From assembly GCA_965218795.1 (NCBI GenBank), contig OZ244653.1, forward strand, positions 2,112,001-2,176,000: a stretch of DNA of 64,000 nt, read 5' to 3'. Shown here piece by piece: positions 20,068 through 28,061 of this stretch. How positions within the stretch are numbered: the stretch's first letter is position 1; every line of letters starts with the position of its first letter. The notes beneath the pieces were generated by a model. That model was not told where the DNA came from. It did not search any database and was given only the letters and a program-made list of their open reading frames with translations. Source of the stretch: a bacterium. Its GTDB lineage: Bacteria; UBA8248; JACPRG01; G963555815. A program made the position numbers and the translations under genes.

Positions 20068-21112
20068 GAGCGAATCTCCTGCGAAGATAGGCGCGAAGTA
20101 CCGGGTAGTAAGTACTGATCAGGATAGAGAGCACAGAGAACCCGACCAGGATATCCGCCAGCACCGATGGAACCCCGGCGGCCCGCTGCATGTTATCCGC
20201 CCCTACAAGCAGGGCCCCTACAAAAATGGCAGCCGCTACGATACCCCCCGGGTGCAGCCGCCCCATCAGGGCGACCATGATGGCCGTGTATCCATAGCCC
20301 GGTGAGATCTTTTCGATGAGGCGATAATGCACCCCGGCCGATTCGCCCACTCCCCCCAACCCGGCGAGCGCCCCACTGAGGAAAAGCGAGATCACAACCC
20401 ACCGGCCGATGGGAATTCCTCCCAGACGCGCGGCCTCGGGGTTGTCTCCCACCGCCCGGATACGGTATCCCACAACCGTCCGGAACATCAGGTAATAAAC
20501 GAGCACGGCCGCCGCAAGACCGATGAGGATCCCTGCATGCAAACGGCTGCCGGGCAGAATGGTCGGAAGCTGGGCGGCCTCGGGGATAAAATCCGATTCC
20601 GGGTAGAACTGCTTGGGCCCCTTCATCGGGCCGTGCAGCAGATAGCTGTTCCCAAAGAAGGCAATATAGTTCATCATCAGCGTCGAGATGATCTCATTGA
20701 CCCCGAATTTCTCTTTGATGAGACCGGCTATGGCGGCCCACAACCCGCCTGCCAGGAAACCGACCACGAGCCCCAGAGGTATCAGAAACCAATGGAACAT
20801 CGGGCCCAGCCACAAAACCACGGCCGTCGCCGCTGATGCGCCGACCAGGATCTGCCCTTCCGCACCGATGTTCCACACCTGGGCGCGGAAAGCAATCGCT
20901 ACGCCTAAAGCGGCCAGCAGAAGGGGGGCGGACTTTAAAAGCGTTTCCCCTATGCTGTTCAGGCCCCCGAATGCCCCGTCAAGAAATGCAATGCCGGCCT
21001 TGATGGGCGACACGCCAATGGCCGTGACCAGCAGTCCGCCCAGAATCATAACGATTCCGATGGCGCCCAGTTGAGGGAGGATACCTGAGGCAACTTCCCG
21101 AAGACTTCTCAT
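20057..21112 (-). CDS. Nucleoside-type (CUT2) ABC permease 1
   Basis: WNIGAEGQ, NEIISTLMMNY, GYGYTAIMVALMGRLHP. Confidence 0.9.
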   Translation of the reverse strand: MRSLREVASGILPQLGAIGIVMILGGLLVTAIGVSPIKAGIAFLDGAFGGLNSIGETLLKSAPLLLAALGVAIAFRAQVWNIGAEGQILVGASAATAVVLWLGPMFHWFLIPLGLVVGFLAGGLWAAIAGLIKEKFGVNEIISTLMMNYIAFFGNSYLLHGPMKGPKQFYPESDFIPEAAQLPTILPGSRLHAGILIGLAAAVLVYYLMFRTVVGYRIRAVGDNPEAARLGGIPIGRWVVISLFLSGALAGLGGVGESAGVHYRLIEKISPGYGYTAIMVALMGRLHPGGIVAAAIFVGALLVGADNMQRAAGVPSVLADILVGFSVLSILISTYYPVLRAYLRRRFARVA

Positions 21113-22662
21113 CCCTCGGCCCCTCCGGCAGACCGCATCGACTCCGAATCCACCGTGGAGCCTCCCATGAGCATCCCGATTTCGTTGGGGTCCGCCCCTT
21201 GGCCGTTCAAAATCCCCCGTATCTCCCCTTCGTAAAGAACCGCAATCCGATCGCTGAGACGGAGAATCTCGTCCAACTCCGTGGAAATCAGCAGAATGGC
21301 GCGCCCCCGGCCCCGCTCTTCGACGAGCAGCCGGTGCACCGAATCAATGGCCGCCACGTCCAGCCCTTTCGTAGGCTGCGATGCAATGATGATCGACGCC
21401 TCCTGAGATAACTCGCGGGACAAGAGCAACCGCTGCTGATTCCCTCCCGAAAGCAGCTTGACAGGCGCATGCGGTCCCGGACACCGGACGTCGAAATCCT
21501 TGATCAGCTTCTCCGTTCGGGATTGAATCGCCTGATCGTTCAGGAAGATCCAGCGGGCGTAAGGGGGAGCCTGATGGTTCTTCAAGATGACGCTTTCAGC
21601 CAATGTCATACTGGGGAACAACCCCTGGCGCACCGTTTCCTCTGGAATGTAGGAGATCTCCGAACGCACCCCTTTGCGGATTGAGAGACCGGACACGTCC
21701 TGACCTTTCACCCGGATCCGGCCCGCCGTGATAGGCCGGGCGCCGACGATGGCCTCGGCCATCTCGATTTGCCCGTTTCCGGCCACCCCGGCAATCCCCA
21801 GAATCTCACCGGCATGCAGGCTCAGGGAGATATCCTTCAGAGCCGGAAGATTCTTATCTCCCAATGCGGATACCCCGTCCAACTCCAATAATGGCTGTCC
21901 AGGAGGAGAATCGGGCTTTTCCAACTCGAAGGAAAATTCCCGTCCCAACATCATCTCCACCAATTCTTCCTTGGAAACCTCTTTCGTCGCGACCGTTCCA
22001 ATCACCCGGCCGTCGCGCAGAACAGTGACGCGGTCGGATGAGGCCATGACTTCTTCCAACTTGTGCGTGATGAAAATGATAGTGAGCCCTTTCGCGGTCA
22101 TGGCCCTGAGGATCTCGAAAAGCTCCTCGGTCTCCTGCGGCGTAAGAACCGACGTGGGCTCGTCCAGAATCAAGATGTCTGCATTCCTGTAGAGCGCCTT
22201 CAGGATCTCCACGCGTTGCTGCTCGCCGATGGAGAGCTGCCATACGTAGGCGTCCGGGTCGGTACTCAATCCAAAGTGATCGGCAAGTTCCTGGATTTCC
22301 TCGGCGGCCTTCTCTAATCCCAGCAGGCCAAACTTGCCGGAGCGGAGACCGAGAGCGATGTTTTCAACGACCTTCAGCGGATGGACCAGGACGAATGTCT
22401 GATGAACGAATCCAATCCCGAGGGCCAAGGCGTTCCGGGGTGAACGAATGGAGACCTCTTCGCCCTTCAGGAAGATCCGGCCTTCATCGGGCCGGTAGAG
22501 CCCGTAGAGGACATTCATGAGGGTGGTTTTGCCGGCGCCGTTTTCGCCCAGAAGCGCGTGAATCTCTCCTTCGGTCACCTCGAAATCGATACTATCGTTG
22601 GCCACCACCCCTATGAATTTTTTTGTGATTCCCTCCAGCCGAAGCAATGGTGATGAATTCAT
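21109..22662 (-). CDS. Dual-domain ABC ATP-binding protein (nucleoside/sugar CUT2)
   Basis: GENGAGKT, LSIGEQQRVEI, LDEPT, GVAGNGQ, LSGGNQQR. Confidence 0.92.
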   Translation of the reverse strand: MNSSPLLRLEGITKKFIGVVANDSIDFEVTEGEIHALLGENGAGKTTLMNVLYGLYRPDEGRIFLKGEEVSIRSPRNALALGIGFVHQTFVLVHPLKVVENIALGLRSGKFGLLGLEKAAEEIQELADHFGLSTDPDAYVWQLSIGEQQRVEILKALYRNADILILDEPTSVLTPQETEELFEILRAMTAKGLTIIFITHKLEEVMASSDRVTVLRDGRVIGTVATKEVSKEELVEMMLGREFSFELEKPDSPPGQPLLELDGVSALGDKNLPALKDISLSLHAGEILGIAGVAGNGQIEMAEAIVGARPITAGRIRVKGQDVSGLSIRKGVRSEISYIPEETVRQGLFPSMTLAESVILKNHQAPPYARWIFLNDQAIQSRTEKLIKDFDVRCPGPHAPVKLLSGGNQQRLLLSRELSQEASIIIASQPTKGLDVAAIDSVHRLLVEERGRGRAILLISTELDEILRLSDRIAVLYEGEIRGILNGQGADPNEIGMLMGGSTVDSESMRSAGGAEG

Positions 22663-22757
22663 CGGTTATCCCATTGAAGAATCGGGAATGCACTCACAAA
22701 AAGAGGCGCGTCCAAACCTCAAGGCCTTCGACGAAAAAGCCCTGACGGGAGACTTCT

Positions 22758-23426
22758 TCAGTCTCGGATGGCCTCTATGATCTCATCGCAACTCAGAACC
22801 AACGCGTAACCCCGGCGCAGCGTCTGGAGATCGGCCTCGTGCAGGGCCGGGTCGTCAGTTGCATTCACATCGCTGCCGAACACAATCCGGAAACCCCGAA
22901 AGAATCCGTCCCGCGCCGTCGCGCCGCAGCAATAGTTGGTCATCGTACCGCAAACGATCAGCGTGTCGCGCCCCATCCCCTTGAGCGTGTGTTCCAGATT
23001 GGTGTTGTAGAAGGCATTATAGGTTTGTTTGACAACGATGACGTCTTCAGGCTGAGGAGCCAACTCCGCGTAAATGTCGATCTCTCGAAAGAGCTCATTC
23101 ATCCCTTCTCGGGCCATACCCATCGGCACCTCGGGGATCAGGCCGGCGTCATAGCCTTTGGAATGATAAATGTTACAGGTATAGATGATAGGGATGCCGC
23201 TTGCTCTGCACGTCTCGATCAGCAGCTTGATTTTGGGAACCTGACGATGGGCATCGGGAATCCAGTGGACCGAGTATCCCGGCTCGACGAACTCGTCCTC
23301 CATATCGATGATAACGAGTACAGTCCTTTCCGGATCAATATCCCAAATGGCGCGGCCCTGGGTGTATTGGCGTTTCGCGCCTTGAAGGATTTCTTCTTCC
23401 GTATAACGCTTCCCGGTCTCTGCCAT
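22758..23426 (-). CDS. Isochorismatase-fold cysteine hydrolase
   Basis: IIDMEDEF, VKQTYNAF, GTMTNYCCGATARDG. Confidence 0.88.
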   Translation of the reverse strand: MAETGKRYTEEEILQGAKRQYTQGRAIWDIDPERTVLVIIDMEDEFVEPGYSVHWIPDAHRQVPKIKLLIETCRASGIPIIYTCNIYHSKGYDAGLIPEVPMGMAREGMNELFREIDIYAELAPQPEDVIVVKQTYNAFYNTNLEHTLKGMGRDTLIVCGTMTNYCCGATARDGFFRGFRIVFGSDVNATDDPALHEADLQTLRRGYALVLSCDEIIEAIRD

Positions 23427-23459
23427 GACATCTCCCCCCCCCGCGACGCTCCCCGGAGG

Positions 23460-24039
23460 CTAGGCTTCCCGTGCCGTGGAGGCCGTCGCCTGATACCCGG
23501 CGATGACGCTTGCCGCGTCGGTCACTTCGCCGAAATGGGTTTCGATGTCCCAGAGTGAAGAATCCTGCTCGCGTTGATCCGTCGCCTCCACACCGTCTCT
23601 GGGAACAATCACCTCATATCCCCTGAAGAACGCACGTGCACCGTCGATCGGACGCAGATATTTGTCACGCATCCGGTCACGATCAGCGTCTTCACGCCCA
23701 TCTCCCGCAAAAGGGTGTCCAGATCTGTGTCGTAGAACCTGCTATAGCGGCGCTTCCCCACGACGAGGTCGCCCGGTTCGGGCTTCAACTCATCGATCAC
23801 GTCTGCTCCCCAGGAGCCGGCGATGCAGTGGACTCCCCTCTTCTTGAATTCCACGTCATCATAGTCCGGCCGATGAGCCTCGTTGATGTAGACGACCGGG
23901 ATCCCCTGGTCACGGCAGTGAGAAAGCAGCTCCCGAAGGGTCGGATGGCCCGCCCTCGCGGAAAAGGCATCACACCCCCCTCGGAGAGGAACTCATTCAG
24001 CATGTCCACAACCAGAATCGCCACACCGGCTGTTTTCAT
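23460..24039 (-). pseudogene. Isochorismatase/nicotinamidase-like cysteine hydrolase with two frameshifts
   Basis: Three frame pieces join into one protein: MKTAGVAILVVDMLNEF..RA / PTLRELLSHC..IPVVYINE..HCIAGSWG..KRRYSRF..VTNICVRSTVH / AFFRGYEV... Shifts near 23945 and 23636 (CACGTGCG where CAC GAT GCG would give HDAFFRG). Confidence 0.8.
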
Positions 24040-24266
24040 GCGCTTTCCTCCGAACGATCAGGAAGGTCCGTTTCAGGCGCGTCTGCGGAACCACTCCCTG
24101 ACCGGCACAGGCTCGGAATCTCTCCCGAAAGAAAGGCACGCCAAGCCACGGGGAACAGGCCCAAAGCAGGAAACCCCATCAGTGCCCCGGGGAGACCCTC
24201 CGGGCGCAGTCTTAAATTTCGAGTGTCCAGGAACGGATAATTTTCCCGATTGCAATACTTTAATGG

Positions 24267-24295
24267 AGGCTAACAAATGGCGAAAAACGAGTCAA
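24267..24295 (-). promoter_or_regulatory. Sigma70-type promoter for the hydrolase-ABC operon
   Basis: Minus strand TTGACT-N17-TAGCCT with an extended -10 TG; candidate operator 24231-24248 lies just downstream. Confidence 0.5.
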
Positions 24296-24574
24296 CAAGA
24301 ATATAGCGAACCCTCGGACACCATGACTTCTCGGACCCTCCGATCCCGGATCCTTTCTCCGCTCCGTGCGTATGGCAACGATGGGCACAGCGAAAACCGG
24401 TCTTTCTCTCGGGTGAGTGAATTGGGCGGCTGGGTTTCGCCGGACTGGTGATGGGAGCTTCCGCCGTGGCGTTGCTCTCCTTAGTTGATTGACGACTTGC
24501 CCCTGCCGCGAAGAAATTCCGAGCGGGTTCGAGGAAACCCCAATGGGGTGACATCTTGTCTGAGGACGGTTGCA

Positions 24575-26887
24575 TCACCGGTTCCTCCCCGCAGGGCCGC
24601 CTTTCTCTCGAAGCCTCTGAAGAATCCTCTGGGGCGTGACCGGCAGTTCCTTCATGCGGAGACCGACCGCATTGGAGACGGCGTTCGCGATCACGACCCC
24701 GCAGGCGTTCAGGGCGCACTCGGAACAGCCCTTGGCGCCGAAAGGACCATGCGGGTCCATGGATTCCACCAGAATGGAGGTCAGGTTCGGCAGCCCCTCC
24801 GCCTTGGGCAGGTTGTAATCCGCCAGGTTGCCGTTGACAAACTGCCCCTCGTCCAGGACGGCATGCTCGAACAGGGCGTATCCCAGGCCCTGGGCGACTT
24901 CCCCGTGGATCTGGCCTTCGGCGGCGAGGGGGTTGATGGCGCGGCCCAGGTCGTCGGCCACGACGAGATCGATCAGCCGAACCTCCCCGATTTCAACGTC
25001 CACCTCCACGACGACAGCCACGCAAGCGAAGGAGGAGGCGGCCGTATTCCGGCCGTAATAGGTCTCGGGGTCGGCCACTTCGGTCGGCGGATCCCAGCCG
25101 GCCTGGACCGAGACCCGATCGCCCCCCGGATTCGACGAATCCCCCCGGACGATATCGCACAGGGTGATGCTCTTTTCGGGGGCGGCCTTGCTGGAGACGA
25201 CTCCCTCCCTGAATTCCAGGTCGTCCCGTTCGGCCTCGAGGCGCTCCGCCGCAATTTCGAGCAGGCGCTCCCGGCAGGCGACGGCCGCCTCCCGCACGGC
25301 GTTCCCCGCGATCAGCGTGAGGCGGCTTGCGTATCCCCCCAGGCAGAAGGGCGCGTTATCCGTATCCGCCCCGGCGATCTGAACATCCTGGATATCCAGA
25401 TCCAGCTCCTCGGCCGCAATTTGCGCAAACACCGTCTTGGCGCCCTGACCGAGCTCTCCCTCGCCGCAGATGACCTTGGCCAGGCCGTCTTCGCTGATCT
25501 CCACGATGGCCACGGAACCGTCCCACGTCTCATCGCTATCCATGCTCGCTTTCTGGCGGATGGACGATGAGTGGATCGCGCACGCCAGGCCTACGCCGGT
25601 CCGAACGATTCCCTGTTTCGGAGCCGCCCGCCGCTCTTCCCAGTTGATGGCGGCCGTAGCCTTCCGTATGCACTCGTCAATGGCGCAGCTGTCCATGCTC
25701 CAGCCGTGTACGCTGATGTCTCCCTGCCTGATCACGTTCCGGAGGCGGACCTCGGCCGGGTCCATCCCCAGCATTTCCGCCAGGACGTCCAGGTGGGACT
25801 CCATGGCGAACGCCATTTGGGGATTGCCGAAACCGCGGAAGGCGCCCGCCGGCAGGAGGTTGGTATAGGCCAGGTAGGCGTCCGTCTTGACGTTTTTCAT
25901 CCGGTACAGGGAATCGATCCGGACGGCCATGTGCATGAGGATCTCGGGCGCGAGGCCGGAGGAGGCTCCGTTGTTGCCGAAAATTCGGGCTTCCTTGGCC
26001 GCAATCGTTCCGTCCTTCCGGAGCCCCATCTTGAGGTAGGTCTCGGTAGGCATCCGGGGCCGCGCCGCGCCGAAATCGTCCAGCCGATCGGTGAACAATC
26101 TCACCGGCCGTCCTGTCTTGAGCGCGATGAAGGCCGTGATCACGGCCGTGCCGTCCTCTGCCAACTTTCCCCCGAATCCACCCCCGATGTGGGGCTGGAT
26201 CACCCTGATCTTAGCGGAGGGGATCTCCAAGGCGTTCGAAATCCGATCCCGCGTGAAGTAGATGGACTGGGTGGCCGCATAGATGGTCAGGCGGCCCTGG
26301 CCGTCCATCTCCGCCACGCCCCCCAGCGGCTCCATGTAGGCTTGAAACTGGTGGGGCGTGGTGTAGTCATCCTCGTGGATGACGGCCGATTCCGCGAAGC
26401 CGCGCTCGACGTCGCCCCGGCGAATCGTAACCTCCCGGGCGAGGTTGCCGTTCCCTTCGTTCACCTGGGGCGCACCGGGTTTGAGCGCCTCTTCGGGATC
26501 GAACACGGCCGGCAGAGGATCATAGTCGACCTCCAGCAGATCCAGGGCCTCCAGGGCCGCCCCCTCGCTTGTGGCCGTCACGGCCGCCACCTCCTCGCCC
26601 ACGTATCGAACCTTGTCTTGCGCGAGGACCTTCTGGTCCTTGTGGACCACGCCCCAGCGGGTACGCGGGGCGTCCTCTCCCGTGAGGACGGCGACCACTC
26701 CGGGAACCCGGACGGCCTTATCTGTTTGGATCTTCAGGATGCGGGCGTGGGCGTGGGGGCTTCGGAGGACTTTTGCGTGGAGCATCCGGGGGAGGGTGAT
26801 GTCTCCAACGTAGACTGCGCTCCCTCGAGCCTTCTCGGGAGCGTCGATCTGTGGAAAAGACCTGCCTACGACCTGCAAATCGTCCAA
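24575..26887 (-). CDS. Xanthine dehydrogenase family Mo-binding subunit #3 (close paralog of #1)
   Basis: Likely TTG start at 26887 after GGGGAGG (MDDLQVVGRSFPQID); GGGFGGK, AFRGFGNPQ, GAKGCSE. Confidence 0.92.
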   Translation of the reverse strand: MDDLQVVGRSFPQIDAPEKARGSAVYVGDITLPRMLHAKVLRSPHAHARILKIQTDKAVRVPGVVAVLTGEDAPRTRWGVVHKDQKVLAQDKVRYVGEEVAAVTATSEGAALEALDLLEVDYDPLPAVFDPEEALKPGAPQVNEGNGNLAREVTIRRGDVERGFAESAVIHEDDYTTPHQFQAYMEPLGGVAEMDGQGRLTIYAATQSIYFTRDRISNALEIPSAKIRVIQPHIGGGFGGKLAEDGTAVITAFIALKTGRPVRLFTDRLDDFGAARPRMPTETYLKMGLRKDGTIAAKEARIFGNNGASSGLAPEILMHMAVRIDSLYRMKNVKTDAYLAYTNLLPAGAFRGFGNPQMAFAMESHLDVLAEMLGMDPAEVRLRNVIRQGDISVHGWSMDSCAIDECIRKATAAINWEERRAAPKQGIVRTGVGLACAIHSSSIRQKASMDSDETWDGSVAIVEISEDGLAKVICGEGELGQGAKTVFAQIAAEELDLDIQDVQIAGADTDNAPFCLGGYASRLTLIAGNAVREAAVACRERLLEIAAERLEAERDDLEFREGVVSSKAAPEKSITLCDIVRGDSSNPGGDRVSVQAGWDPPTEVADPETYYGRNTAASSFACVAVVVEVDVEIGEVRLIDLVVADDLGRAINPLAAEGQIHGEVAQGLGYALFEHAVLDEGQFVNGNLADYNLPKAEGLPNLTSILVESMDPHGPFGAKGCSECALNACGVVIANAVSNAVGLRMKELPVTPQRILQRLREKGGPAGRNR

Positions 26888-27047
26888 ATCGAAGTACCTC
26901 CCCTTGGAGTTCTCCGCCCTCAACCCCGTCGCGTTTCCAGCGACCCTCCTGAATTGCCGGGTGCCGCGATGGTGCGGTCTCAGTTCCTTTGACAGTGGCC
27001 GAATGATATCACACCGGTCCAACGGTCTCTATTGCGCATCTTTCACG

Positions 27048-27068
27048 CCGGATTGACACCCAATCCGG
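27048..27068. promoter_or_regulatory. Perfect inverted repeat overlapping a TTGACA hexamer between divergent Mo #3 and DUF3891
   Basis: CCGGATTG-ACACC-CAATCCGG. Confidence 0.4.
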
Positions 27069-27187
27069 AAACAGAGCAAGCTGAGCCTGCATCATTCAGT
27101 GCAATTCAGCGAATTTTATCACCCGATGGAAGCCGGGGATTCCGGCCCGGTTTTCAGGTTCTGTGTTGACCGGCAGAGGATGTTGGC

Positions 27188-27988
27188 GTGATCAGGAGAG
27201 ATCTGCAGGGGGATTGGTTCCTCATCACCCAGCCCGAGCACGCCCGGTTTTCCGGCTTCCTGGCACACCACTGGGGCCGCGGGGATTTCACACGCTCCGG
27301 CCCCTGGGACGAAATACGCCTGGCCGCGGCCGAACACGACAACGGCTGGCGCGAGTGGGACGACCAGCCGAGCCTCAACCCCGCCGGAAAGCCGGCGTTG
27401 ATGTACGAAAACGAAATCGCCGATGTTTTCGAGATTCTCGAACGCGGCCTCAACCGGCTCATGAGCGGGGGGCATTTGTACCCGGCCGCCCTGGTCAGCC
27501 TCCATTACGCCAACTGGGCGACCGACGTCCTGACGGGCGTGCGAAGCGGGCAGTGGCCCGTGACGCCCGAACTGAGGGCGAAGATCGAGACCTTCAAGGC
27601 CGACGAGGAGGAAAGGCGCGCTGATATCTGCGGGGAGCTCCGGGAACGGAAGCGATTTCAGGAGGCCGTTACGCCGGATGGGATCCACAGAAACGGCCGG
27701 TTCGTCTGGACCTTCGACATGTTGTCCCTGATTCTTTGCTGCCGCTGGACCAACGTGACAAGCCTGAAGGAGGTCCCTTCCGGAGAGGGCTTTTGCGAGC
27801 TGCGGGTCGAGCGGGTCGAGGAACTGATCCTCCGAGTGGCTCCCTGGCCTTTTGACGCCGATTCACTGGAGTTCGCCGTGCGGGGCCGCCGCTTCCCCGC
27901 CAAACCTTTCCGCGATGCATCGGAATTCCGGGACGCATACGGGCACGCCGACGATTCGGAGATTCTTTTCCGGATCGTTCCGGGCTGA
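27188..27988 (+). CDS. DUF3891-family protein
   Basis: LITQPEHARFSG..A.HWG, AAAEHDNGWREWD.P, ALVSLH, D.LSL..C, PWPF: the motif pattern I recognise for DUF3891. Confidence 0.75.
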   Translation: MIRRDLQGDWFLITQPEHARFSGFLAHHWGRGDFTRSGPWDEIRLAAAEHDNGWREWDDQPSLNPAGKPALMYENEIADVFEILERGLNRLMSGGHLYPAALVSLHYANWATDVLTGVRSGQWPVTPELRAKIETFKADEEERRADICGELRERKRFQEAVTPDGIHRNGRFVWTFDMLSLILCCRWTNVTSLKEVPSGEGFCELRVERVEELILRVAPWPFDADSLEFAVRGRRFPAKPFRDASEFRDAYGHADDSEILFRIVPG

Positions 27989-28061
27989 ATCCAAGTGTCT
28001 ATGCGTGTGTCTGTGGCAACGCCATGGGCATGGGGAAAACCAGCTCTCCCCTCGCGCGGGC

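Noticed and set aside
23460-24039. Programmed ribosomal frameshifting in the broken amidase
   Set aside because: Two shifts would be needed, and neither site has a slippery heptamer.
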